A stretch of 64,000 bases of DNA from Pseudovirgaria hyperparasitica. Lineage: Eukaryota. Shown in pieces: positions 38,681-50,487 of this stretch (its first letter is position 1; each line of letters begins with the position of its first letter). A program made the translations under genes and the position numbers. Under the pieces are notes generated by a model, which was not told the origin of the DNA, did not search any database, and saw nothing but the letters and a program-made list of their open reading frames with translations. The stretch lies in the NCBI GenBank assembly GCA_010093815.1, contig ML996565.1. One strand, 5' to 3'.

Positions 38681-41389
38681 GTTGTATAAGAAGACATGCC
38701 GCATGGTTCTAAAAGTTTATTTAATTCTTAGCCACATAGTAGCATTATTGCTTCCCTAACTTTTCTATTCTCGTAGTGCGAGATTAACAGGGACACCTTT
38801 CCTCGCACGTAGTGTTATGTAGACTTGTAAAACCTAGGTAGACTACGAAACGGGAGTAAAAGAGGCACCTAGACGTGATATACCTACGTGAGCCCCAAAG
38901 CTTACATATAGAAATCCTGGTCAAGTGATAAATCTAGGCCATAAGTATGTTGAATATGCCTAGAGATTATTCTAGAAGGGATCTGGTTAGGATGCATACG
39001 AAACTACACATAGGCAGTTAATCATACAAGTGCTGTAAACCGTGAACGGAGAACGCTTTCTGTCGTAGAGCAAGAGACTAATTATTACGTGAGAGTGTCA
39101 CACAGACCAGAGCTCATAAGGGTCTGGATGAAAGCAAGCTTGCAAAATACACTTTCAGCTTTGTTGGATACATCTTACGGTGCATAAAGTACAGGTGGTC
39201 ATTGCCGGCGTCTGGGTGGTCTGAGAAGTAAAGGTAATTAACCGCCGTTCCGAAATTGGGAGGTTGCGCACTTTTTCAAGCATCCATCATGCGATCGCCA
39301 ATTTAGATGTCACCCTCCTCTTTTTACGCTCATAATTTCACTTTCTCCAATGTGCTAATTTGAATACGACCTGCGACCAGCCTATTGATATTTACAATCG
39401 ATAGCAGAACAACTGTGCATCATGCACGCCTATCTACGGAACGATTCAAGGAAGTGACGACAATGCTGCTTAACGGAGAGGCCGTGCCCATGATTTGTGT
39501 CCGAGTTCGATAATGTAAAGCCCGATGAACTAAAAATAAAGGTGGAAGTACGAAGACACCCCACTGGTTGAGCGAGAGCCGTGCTGTGCAGGAGCGAGAA
39601 CTTATCAGAACGGTCCAATCACATCCGTGAAATCCTGTCATATTCACAGTCGCCTTGCGAAGGGATGATCACTCTGGAGTGAAAGTAGCAGCGCTGACGT
39701 TGACCCTGCACCGCTCTACTAAGTCTACTCTGTTGAGCGAGTAACGTCACTCCGGAGCAACGCTCTTTTCGTTCCTTGTCTAACACTTTAAGGATCACAG
39801 CTGTGGACAAAGACGGCAGCACCGAGAAAGTTTCAGGCAGTTTAGACCAAGGCATGGCTACTAATAAGAGATGCACAATGCCAATTTCCCCGATAGATTC
39901 AGACGAGTTCTACATAACCACGACATACAGCGAGCTCTGGGGAGACAGGCCCAAGCCCTGACGTCTCCCCGATTCGCTCTGGTCGGAACAAATGTTAGAG
40001 GACAACAGGAACAATACAAGGACCCGACGACAGAAGCTAGACGTCGGCACTCAGTACGTTCACATCATTCCAGAAGGCTGAGCCGCGGAGCTGGGGTACA
40101 GGTATGTTTCAGCCAATAACAAGAAGGGCCACACAACTACGGTAAGCTGTCTTATGCTAAACTCATCTGCTTGGGTAGAAATGATGCGTTGTTCCATGGC
40201 TAGAGTTAAGGAACATATGTATTAGCAGGGACTGAACATATACAAATCTAGGGATTGATGACAGCTAATACTACGATGCAACACAAAAGGCTGTCCTTAT
40301 CCTTTTTACTTAATTAGGCACGCCTGCCATCTGTTATGAGTATCTAGACCTCGACTATGATGGTTCCGTGGAATTACACAACGCATAGAAGAGACAGGCG
40401 CATGATCTGGTCACGGGCTTAAAATTGATTCTGATGCATCTTTCGCAGCATGCTCAAATGGCATAGTATAACTCACTCTGAGAGTCGTATCGAGATACAA
40501 AGGTCTTAATAGATTATATGACTTGTAGCATAGAGCGATCTTGCTTCTGTGTGTCTAGAGTCAGGTGGGAGTCCTGCAAATCTTGAATCAGCGCAATCTA
40601 CTGGTGACTCTGTTGGGACTGCTGATGGTGTCAACCACGGTTGTATGATCTATTTCCATGATCTATCTCTATGATATAATAGTAGTTATAAAGAGCATCA
40701 TAACTTGATACGGAGACTTGAAGTACCCCTGCTGGAGTCTTAAGCTTGGTCTGTATGTTGCCCCCATGGGATAGCTGATAGGTACGGAGTTAGGTGTGCA
40801 TTAGGCTGGGTACCGTAGTACTTGCGGCACCGGCATCAAATATGTGCCTGAAAAGCTGTGGCGGATCAAAGTAGAAGTTGATATTCACGTTACATATAGA
40901 TAAGAAGGGTCCTAATGACCCATCGTCGCCCAAAGAGGTGTTTTTCGAAGATAAATGACGTCGAACGGATCGTCTAATCTGCGGCTGAATCGTGTTCATG
41001 ATAGCCTACTTGCACGTTTTGAAAACCTTTTGACACAGTTTCATCACGCCCACTTCTCCGCCGCGTGAGAATCGATTGGGTCTATGCATAATGTAAAGTC
41101 GCTGTACAGGATATACGTGGCTACGTCCATGGGTTTATCCCACTCTTTCTCGTTTTGGAAGCATTAACGATAGATGTTTGTCGGAGTCGGCTGGTCAAGT
41201 GTAGGTAAAATGCTTAGACGTGGTATCGAAGAAGGTCAGGGTCGAGACGATGACGACAGGCCCGTGGCTGGACATGCGTACATCCAAGTATCCGGTGTGG
41301 CTCTGCATAAGTTGAACAGGGCGTGCTGGATGTTGTGGAGCCGACTGCTCTAGTGACTGCCCAGTATCCGTAGTTTTCCTAGAACCTGA

Positions 41390-42295
41390 CTATCTTGGGG
41401 GGTTTCCCGTTTCGGCAACTAATCGTGGTCCATCTCTCCCGGACATTATACCCTTTCCTTGATCTCTCTCACGAGTACTCAATACATATCCATACTCGTA
41501 TAATAGTACTATCGCGCCGAAGTATGCAGAGCTATCCGCATTTGAAATCGCCTCGGCACTTGTTTTCTCAACGATATGTTTCCACCCAAACGCCGGCTCT
41601 ATGTTTTGTAAAAGAAACGGGCGTGTATGTAGTATATCGTGGAGTAGAGCATAGCTAAGAAAGGCTACGATAAAGTCTATCGGAAACTTATTACCTAGAT
41701 TCCCAGTCCCTGTCATACCCATGTACTGCACAATAGAAGACTGCCGTCTCGGATTAGGGGGACATAACGTAATAGCTGCCCGGTTTCGGGGCGTACGGAA
41801 CGGGGCTTGGTGGTGAAGACGTATGTATGTATTTCCTCTTCTTCCGTCACGACAGGTCGGTCGGCCTCGAGTCTCCAAGTGGCTCTCCGGATCTACCCAT
41901 AAGTCTCTGTCCGGAGAGTCCGGCTGTGGCCTCCAACGCTCCTCGTTATCACAGTAGATATGCAAGTCTGCTTCATCGAAGGCTTTAGGTCTCATCCTTC
42001 CTATATCTTCCATTATAGATCCTATTCGGTTTCTTGTCTCTATGGTGTTGTCCTTATAGATAGCTGTAAATGAGCGGGCAAGGTCTTCGTTGAGGCCACG
42101 AATATCTCGTAGATGTTGTGCGCTTAATGTGGCCATGCGTATAGCCTCAGTCATCCCAACTACCACTTGTTGAGTTTCTTCTTTTCGGTTCGGTTGCTGG
42201 CATGATGAATGAAAAGCGTACGAATTGGCTGCGAAAGCCTTAAGCGGGAGTAATGCCCCGTATAATAACGTTGGTACCGTAAGAAGTAAGAGCAT
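41390..42295 (-). CDS. Secreted protein, paralog C of the zincin/M35-like family (intronless, 301 aa)
   Basis: Signal peptide MLLLLTVPTLLYGALLPLKAFA; SYAFHSSC, EAIRMATLS, ADLHIYCDNEERW, LWVDPE, RGRPTC, ITLC, LLHDILH (HExxH-like), FGW, AISNADSSAYFG (M35 NADSY-like). Confidence 0.8.
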   Translation of the reverse strand: MLLLLTVPTLLYGALLPLKAFAANSYAFHSSCQQPNRKEETQQVVVGMTEAIRMATLSAQHLRDIRGLNEDLARSFTAIYKDNTIETRNRIGSIMEDIGRMRPKAFDEADLHIYCDNEERWRPQPDSPDRDLWVDPESHLETRGRPTCRDGRRGNTYIRLHHQAPFRTPRNRAAITLCPPNPRRQSSIVQYMGMTGTGNLGNKFPIDFIVAFLSYALLHDILHTRPFLLQNIEPAFGWKHIVEKTSAEAISNADSSAYFGAIVLLYEYGYVLSTRERDQGKGIMSGRDGPRLVAETGNPPR

Positions 42296-42839
42296 AGTGA
42301 AGTGAGAGATATAGAATGGTATCTATGAGAAGTTATACTAAAGATATCTTCTAATATATATTATTCTAATTCAAACTTCACATGCTCTCTAATATGAGAA
42401 TATCTCGTGATCATTAATATTACATACTTATCCCTACTAAGTAGCTACGAAAATCCCGCATAAGTCCATCCCTACACCCCAAATAAGTTTAGCCTATCAA
42501 GTATGCGGCCTTTACAGTATATATAGTAATGCGAATAACGTAGAAAACAACTCAATAGAAAATAACCTAAGCTTATTAGTAGTCGAAACCGTGTAGATTA
42601 AAGCGGCGTGAGGCTATTCATAGCACCTAAGAGTTATCAAACGACCTATCACAGCATGTGCGTACGTTTGTAGGAACTGCCCCTGCATACCGTCCCTTTC
42701 TACTCATAAAAGTTAATGCGACGCAATCAAATTTGAATATCACCAACCCCCTGGTGTAAATACTTAGAAGGATAGACCTCCATGGCTTCTAATTACGTAG
42801 TACAGACTGAGGCATACGAAACGCTCTCCATCTCAATCC

Positions 42840-44463
42840 TCAAAACCCCTGCTGCCTCTTCCATTTCTCCTTCCACCCCTCGAACCACGGACTCTCCTCC
42901 AACGTATGCACCTCCCATCCTTGCTCAATCTTGCCATTCCTGGCCTGTTCTGCGCTCCACTCCCTTAGCGCCGGACACACGACATGCTCGACATGCCATG
43001 AATTTTTATACTTCATAAGGCTCTCTTTGCCCTCTTCTAGCACCTTCAAGAGCAACAGCGGCACGCGCGGCTCGTCTCTTAGCGCCTCAATTGGGGTAAA
43101 TAATGCTTTGAAATTGAATACTATGCCTGCGGATAGGGGGAGACGGCGGAGGGTCTGCCAGTCCACGCGAAGGTGGCAGCGCGAGAGAGTGATTGTGGGG
43201 TCTTGGATATCGCGGTAGATTTCGTGAGGGTCGCCGGGAGGCATGTAGAGAGGAGTATCGACTTCTAGGCCCCAAGAACCCCGTTGAATCGGCCTGTCCG
43301 TGGGTTTCCTAGCGAAGTACCTGCATCACATGAGTTTCATGTCGCTCAAGAATGTCTCAAGGAAGGGTGCGAGACCCAAGGAGACAATGCATACCGATCC
43401 ATAGAAAACTGCATCTTCTCCTTATAATCCGGAATCGGCTGATGAATTTCATCCAGACGAAGCCCGATTTTACTCGCTACGTTCCAGCCGAGACTGGAGC
43501 AAATGACCCCAGCGCGGAAATAGTAGTGACCAGTTTCGGGATCTCGGAGTGTAATAGCGAAATCCTCCGGGACGTGGTTCAACAAGACATGCAAGGGGTG
43601 CTCAGATCTCAGATCAGCCTTAGTACGAAGGATGTCGTTGTGAAAAGTCATGTTTAGCACATCGAGACTGAAGTAGTGCGGGTAACGCGCACATAGAAAT
43701 TGTAACACCATCTCCATGAGCTCTTTGCATGCGAGTTCAGAGCCAGGGAGGTAGTCTAGTACGTTCTTACCGTGCTCCGCGACGAGTTTCTGACGCTGAG
43801 ATATTTTGGACGCGTATTCGTGTTCGAGTTCGATCCACCAGTTGTTCTCCATTTTCATTAGGGCTGTGAACTGTCAGTGTTTACCACTTTGCTTGAGATT
43901 GTTGACAAACACATAGTTTGATGATACGGCCATCGAAACGGGCGATAAGGTCTTGGAAGTGCCTTGTCGATGTCGAACTCTGGGTACGGAGCCGGGAGTG
44001 AGACGCCGCTGAGCGTAGCATAGTCTGGAAAGTCACCGAGGGCTTTGATCTCGTCGGAAGAGAATCCTGTCGGTGTGCAAATGACCTCGTTCGTGTCCCA
44101 GATAGAGGTCTCGAGAGGAACACATGTCGTGTTCGATGCGACGTCCTTCAGAGCGACAATCCCGGCGATGGGCTTCTTCAAGTTGACGAGGAGTTCGTTT
44201 CCTATCTGGCCTAACGTCTCCCGACGCTGTGGCGGGAACACGTTTTTATACGACAGTTCTTGAGTACTGAAGGCTTTCTCAGGCCTAATAGATCGAGGCG
44301 GGGTGTTCGCACCGGAGGTCCGTCGTTTGTAGAACTGTAGACGTAGTAGAATGATCCCTCTTCGTTTTCTGTTGAAGCCTAGATACGACAGGGAAATTAC
44401 TAGGAAACATGCAAACAGTAGGAGTGATGATGATCCAAACGTCCTGTCGAGTTGCAGGTGCAT
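42840..44463 (-). CDS. HRQ-family/DUF3445 protein (heme-dependent oxidative N-demethylase alpha-like) with an N-terminal TM segment, 3 exons
   Basis: FPDYATLSGV, PRPYRPFRWPYHQTMSLMKME..WWIELE, VPEDFAI, EIHQPIPDY, PIQRGSWGLE, HLRVDWQTLRRLPLS..IVFNFKALFTP. Confidence 0.8.
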
Positions 44464-45358
44464 GATGTGTATACGTATACAAATTGGATGAACAGGCAAG
44501 ACCCGAGGAATGTATTCCTGAAAGTATGACTGTGTGAGCGATGCCGCTAACGACACTCGGGATGCTGTATTCTGAAATGTTGTATACGACCCTACCAGTC
44601 GAGGCTGTAAACACGATTCTTAGCAGTAATGGATACGCGGTTGTGACCGCAAGAGAACGGATAACTGCGAGTGGACACTGAGAGTTATGTCAGTATTAGG
44701 TCCATAATATATATTATTGAGCTGCAGGCCCAGATAATCCTGATCGAGTTAAGCTGCAGGGAATGAGAGCGAATGAGCCAGGCGGGGTGGATGGACTTGC
44801 TATACAAGGCAAGAGATGTCTCAACGAAGTGAGAGGTATTGGTGGCCTGATTTCAAACTATAGATGTGGCATTGGCAGGTGTAGCAAGAGAATATTCAGA
44901 GGAATGCATCTTTGTTATTCACATAAAGACCCATGGACCATTGTGATGTCGTTTGCCAGGACCATTGACTACTTGTGCGTCGTTATCGTTGCCCAGGCCT
45001 GTGGTGTAATCCACATTGAGCCCTGGTCACACTTGGCCTAATCAGGCTAGTAAACCTAGGGTGCACTAAGCTGCAACAGGTCAACGAGTCCTGATTTGAA
45101 TATGTGTAAGTTGGTGTGCCTTGATTTCCCCTTTTATGGCTTCTGATACCTAGTATTTGTCTTGTTGAACTTCGGGAAATTTCTTCTCCTGGCATAATCT
45201 CCCGTCATGTCAAACATACAAGCCTATCAGGCTGTGACGACGCTTTACACCGTGACCTGGATACGAATGACATGGCTCGTCATCACTTCCTGTATATGGT
45301 TAAATAATCCAGATGCTGGGGTGTATCATGGAAGAGTCATGTTCGTAATCAAGCTTCG

Positions 45359-47479
45359 TTAATTCGTGCACCTCTCCCATGGCTCTCGGTACTCGAGTCC
45401 CAGTCCCTCAAACACCTTTCGTTCGGCGTCCTGCCAGCTCCCGCTGACTCCCTCCGGTCCTTCGAGTGGTACCAGTAGCCCACTGCCGCGGTCTCTAACA
45501 CCACTGCTATCGAATTTCCAGTTTTTCACATTCTTGGCGTACCGTCTTACATCCCTTTGGAACGTGGTGCCCCCGCTCCAGCCCATGATGGCGCAGCCCA
45601 CCGTCCTCCATGGCGAGATAATGATATCCACTCGTCGATGTATGTTTGGATTCCTGACATTCCCTGGATTGGCTTCCAGGTCTTCTGCCTTTGTAGACCA
45701 TTGAGGATGTTGCCAAACGACAAGTGCTTTGTCCAGAGAATCAAAACCATGCCCGCCGCCAGCACCACTCGCTTTGAATGGTAGAGTTGACTGTTCTCGT
45801 AGGCTGTTGTTCTCGCTGTGGATCAGCGTGTGCGTAATCCATTCTTCTCTTTCTAAGCTGAGCACAATGTCCCTTGCAAGACCTTGCGTGGCCTTGAGGG
45901 AGCGGTGCGAAACAATGACATCCACGTCGCCACTTGCGGATTTTCCTCGCCGATATCCTCCCACAATAACGACTTCAATCCCAGGATCGCGGACTTTGAT
46001 CGCATGCGTTCGTATCACTGACACTATAGACTCAACTTCAGACCTTGGAATCGGGTCCAGAAACTCGTCATAGTACTTGACACCAATCTGCTGCACTCGA
46101 TGCAAATCCTTCCAGCCGTAGTCGATCACATCGTCCAGATCCTGCCAGCACCGGTCATAGTAAAATTGATGTGCCGTCTGCGCGCCAACGCCCCAGATGT
46201 TGTAGAATAAATTAAGCTTGACCAAATGCTCATCAGTGGACATTCTCTCTGCCTCCTGGACCCTGCCCGTGTTTTTCCATTCGACCCAGATGTTTGCCAG
46301 TTTTGTCTCACAGCCCGGCAGCCGTGTTATTTCACGAGGAGTCGTAATCTCATATGGGTATGCAGCTACCGCAGCAATACTAGTCGAGTATGCGCGGACA
46401 CCAATCTCATCCATAATAAGAATTCGTTCAAGCCGAATTTGTTTCAACACTTCTATGAATGCTTGGTTTGGTGGATTAGGGGGCGTAACACGTTGACAAG
46501 CATATCGCAGACCGCTCTTGACCCAATCTGGCTCCATGGGTATGTCGCTTTCACCGCCTTCATGCTCTGCTGTAGTTTCCAGGGGAAGCTGGCTTGTCTG
46601 ATGGTGAATCCTCTTATCAGACATCGCATGCCGTGTCCCAAAGCCGCGACGTTCAGGCAGTGTAGGAACTTGCGGTGTATGTCCTCCAGCATCAGCATTC
46701 GCCCGCTCTAAGATATTTGATGCGAGGTAAGAAGTGGGAATATTCCCTACCCCTCTCACGCTGTGTTCGCAGCCTGGACCGAGTTCACCATCCCTTTGCG
46801 TTGCCGACTTCTGAGGATGAAGTGCACTGACAACCTGTGGTGCTTGTACAGGCCTGCCTTGGTATATCATGTATTCTCGAAGTGATAATAATTTTTGTGC
46901 AGTAATGCAATCCTCGAGCCAATTCAACTTTATGACCGTGATTGTGTTCATAGGGAACGTACACATGTCCACCAACTCAAGCGCAGGAGGTACTGACAGA
47001 CTGGGTATAGAGGAATCATCATGAGGCAAGATGCTTTCCATCCCAAAGTGGGTATCGCTAACAGTAGACTCATTGTCAGTAGTGGAGTGGCCGTCGTTTG
47101 GGTCAACTTCAGCAACGACCAATCCGTCATCGAGTCGTCTACGCTTGGCTAGAGGCTGTACAGTATGAACCGTATCGTCGATTTCTGTTGCAGCTGGCTG
47201 AGAGACGGTTTCCTCAGTCCAAAGCTGAAGCCATCTCAACTCCAGTTTAGCGCGAACTTTCTTCTCTAAGTTAGCGAATGCAAGTCGTGTTTCTTTGATA
47301 TCGTAGGTCAAGGTGGCGCCATATTGCAAAAATTTGCTCTCGATATCGTAAAGTGCAGTCTCATCCATATGAACAGGCAGTACGTAAATGGGAGGTAGGT
47401 CCGAGAGGTCCAATCTCGTCGCGGGCGGTGCAGTCGCTTCAGAGTCTGGTGATGTTTGAGTCGAGTTAGGCGATGTCAT
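45359..47479 (-). CDS. X-family DNA polymerase, Pol mu/TdT-like, with an N-terminal BRCT-like region
   Basis: GGYRRGKSASGDVDVIV catalytic motif, IWGVGAQTA HhH, RRVDII, GWSG (GW typical of Pol mu/TdT), C-terminal LGLEYREPWERC. Confidence 0.9.
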   Translation of the reverse strand: MTSPNSTQTSPDSEATAPPATRLDLSDLPPIYVLPVHMDETALYDIESKFLQYGATLTYDIKETRLAFANLEKKVRAKLELRWLQLWTEETVSQPAATEIDDTVHTVQPLAKRRRLDDGLVVAEVDPNDGHSTTDNESTVSDTHFGMESILPHDDSSIPSLSVPPALELVDMCTFPMNTITVIKLNWLEDCITAQKLLSLREYMIYQGRPVQAPQVVSALHPQKSATQRDGELGPGCEHSVRGVGNIPTSYLASNILERANADAGGHTPQVPTLPERRGFGTRHAMSDKRIHHQTSQLPLETTAEHEGGESDIPMEPDWVKSGLRYACQRVTPPNPPNQAFIEVLKQIRLERILIMDEIGVRAYSTSIAAVAAYPYEITTPREITRLPGCETKLANIWVEWKNTGRVQEAERMSTDEHLVKLNLFYNIWGVGAQTAHQFYYDRCWQDLDDVIDYGWKDLHRVQQIGVKYYDEFLDPIPRSEVESIVSVIRTHAIKVRDPGIEVVIVGGYRRGKSASGDVDVIVSHRSLKATQGLARDIVLSLEREEWITHTLIHSENNSLREQSTLPFKASGAGGGHGFDSLDKALVVWQHPQWSTKAEDLEANPGNVRNPNIHRRVDIIISPWRTVGCAIMGWSGGTTFQRDVRRYAKNVKNWKFDSSGVRDRGSGLLVPLEGPEGVSGSWQDAERKVFEGLGLEYREPWERCTN

Positions 47480-49187
47480 GTCTGCGAATTCAGAAGATAT
47501 GCGGGGCAAGTGTCAAATGGCTTGACATTGTGTAAACAATCCTAGGATGTTAAATTGGGCCTGTGGAGCGCGCGCGCGTTGATCGCTACGTGTTTTCGAA
47601 TGAGTATCGTGAGTTATAATCTGACAAACCACAGTATGTGCATGTATCGCGATGTCTCGTACTGTGCACATAACTGATGTGCGAGATGGTTGCATTGATG
47701 GTTGTTCCAGGTTGGCCATGGATCAGCTTGGGACTTGACACAGAAATACGCTAGGCCGAACGTGGTAAGCTGGAAGAGCCATTGGTTTCTGACGGACTCA
47801 CGGACGATCTTAGGCGCGGTAGACTCGGGGACTATGAGAGGTCTCTACCTGAGAATGTAGTTAACAAACATGAAGAGAAACCTATAATTAATAATAATTC
47901 ACTAGTTCTTGGCTTTGTTTCCATGTATCTGGGACAATCGGATCTGCCCGTCCCTCGGCTTGTATCGTACAATGCGTCGTTAATGGCACAGTCTCTACAT
48001 GGTCCTACAAAGCTCTTAGTATGTACATCTATGTTTTGAGCACCTTATCTATAACACTTTCTCTGTTATGAGCTTGATTGAGTATCTGTTTTGGGTTACG
48101 GGGGTTACAAATAGCTTCCTCGACCGTTCTCCCAGCTTATATGCGAGGTTGTCACTTCCCGACCGCGAAATTTAACCACATCGTATTCTGACATTGGCAA
48201 TAAGAAACACTCCAGGCGCACCTACATGAGGGTAGCTGTTAGTTGTAGGTGTTGATAACTTGAAGGCAGGTTGCTTAGCATCACGCGTTGAGTCAACGAC
48301 CTGTGTAGGTAGGTAGGCAGCAGTACATATTCGAGGGACAAGAAGATAAATTGCGAGATCACGTGTCGTCGCGAAATGTCCGCGTTATTAGTCACGTCAC
48401 AATTCTAGCACTACATACGAGCTACGGAAACACCCTTGATCATGACGACTACACGTATTCCGTCATGCCACTTGCTACCCCAGATTATACTTTGATGGGG
48501 ATCCGACAGCCACCAAGGTACGCTACTGTGTCTGGAGCCCTGAGTAAGGATTTCTGCAGTAATTGAGATCATCATGATCCGTCGACTATGCACGATCGTT
48601 CGCCAATGACTGCGAGATCTCGACGCTCGACGCTTTGTGGGTCTGCCCCATGGCTTTGGCAACAGACCCTACCTGTCTCGCGCCATCAGCTTCAAAGCAG
48701 GCGCGCCTATGAGTCTGCTTCCGTTTGAGGCTACTTTATTGGTCAATACGTGCGACAAACGAAAGACTCTACCATGATAACTCAATGGACACTACCAACA
48801 CTCCTTTCCAGACCTTGGCCGATGTTATGCGAGATGTGCTAGATTGCAGGAACAATGACAGGGGTTCATGTCAAACAGCGATCAGATTGGTCCAGGGCTC
48901 CCAAGACCCAGCCGCATAATGCATTTCGTGTGCAACGGTGATGCGTTGATTGAAGACCATCTGAATTTATGAGATATCGATAGCATCATCAATTCAACAG
49001 ATCGAAGATCCGTCCAAGTTGACAACGGTCTAGGCATCGAACCACTATGCTTTTTACATTCGAGATTTCAAATATAAGTACTGGCATTTCGACTGACCAT
49101 GTCAAACCTATACCATTTCAACCCAACAATTACAATCTTCCACGATACAACAATTTCAGAGCCAAGCAACCAACGCTTAACACCAAT

Positions 49188-49546
49188 ATGTCTGACTACA
49201 AGCCCACAGGTAAGTCCCAACCACCATCTTTCATTCCCGTGGTCATCCCAGTGTCCCTCAAACTCCATGTACATCAACATCATCTTCCACTGAAGTAACA
49301 CCCAACATAGAGCACGACGGTCTCCGTCAAGATGGCCAGCCTGACAAGCGCGTTGGAACAGGCCAGTTTGCCGGCGGCAAAGTTGACCCCGTTGAAGCTG
49401 GCAAAGCGGGCGGCCACTCTTCTGGTGGTACCGGCGACAGCAGCGATTCCACCACGTCTTCCGGTGCTGGAGGTGGTGGCAAGGGCCAGTTCGCCGGCGG
49501 GAAGGTGGATCCCGTTGAAGCAGGGAGGAAAGGTGGAAAATCGTAG
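49188..49546 (+). CDS. Small Gly-rich hydrophilin with a duplicated KGG-like motif (CON-10/LEA5-like stress protein), exons 49188-49209 and 49311-49546
   Basis: Spliced MSDYKPTEHDGLRQDGQPDKRVGTGQFAGGKVDPVEAGKAGG...KGQFAGGKVDPVEAGRKGGKS*; GTAAGT..TAG intron; missed by the ORF track. Confidence 0.8.
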
Positions 49547-50487
49547 ATATGGGCGTGCATCAAAAAGGTTGAAGTGGAACTCTATAAAGTGGGACACCCA
49601 TTGCGTAATGCCAGATTTACGCCGCATTTGTAACGACAAAATATACAAGCTCTCTCGTTCTGTGGCTCAGGACTCTTTGTGAATCACAATTTGATTTGTA
49701 TCATCAACTTCCTATTGTTTGTGTTGAATGTTCACGCCTGTCACCCTTGGCACGATCTGCCTCATAACCTGAATTCGATGCACTCACATAAGCCGGACGT
49801 AATGACAATTCATAGCAGTGATACTAGTCTTGCAGTTGCCTCTCCACAATCTACTCGGCTGTGTGTGCGGCTGACCTTATTACCACGTGGATATTACAAA
49901 TCTACCTTACTTATGTCCGAACTATAACGTTAAGGTCGGACTTTGATTGATGAGCTGTACAGGATCTTGAGCGCGGCAATGAGGGCGCAGCTAAATAAAT
50001 AAATAAAAAGTCAAAATAAGGACCTTTTGCCCTAGATACAAGATTACAGTTTCAACTGTTCAAGTTTTACATGCATATATGTTGGTGGCCAGGCTGATGT
50101 TTGATTTGATACTTGGCGCTCGCTTTCGCGTAGCAGCACGAATGGCACTCGTTGAACTCTGTCATCCTGTCATCCGGAGAGCGTGGTTGATTTAAATATT
50201 CAGTTCACAGTAGAACGCAAACTTGGCAAATCCAGCCTCTTCTGCGGGTTGAGCGCTCAGCCTCACGCTCCAACCGCCTGATAGCTTCTTGGCCTGTATC
50301 GACGGCCTTTCAGCCGTATATTCCTTCGCTACAGCAGAGCTCATCTACTACCAATCTACAATGGCGCCTAAGCTTCGAATGTAAGCAGTCCATGGCGCAT
50401 ACAAATCTCATATAGACCGCGTGTCCTGCCACGAATGCCCTCTAAACCATCCTCCGGTCTTTCTGTCCCACGTCACTTCGTTCCCCC

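Noticed and set aside
39660..40120. Short ORFs in the island (e.g. 39776-39961 plus), possibly a further secreted-gene relic
   Set aside because: No signal peptide, no family motifs and no consistent splice model could be built.
30891..44463. Possible secondary-metabolite cluster (BVMO plus HRQ protein)
   Set aside because: No PKS/NRPS/terpene backbone gene, transporter or cluster transcription factor in the window.
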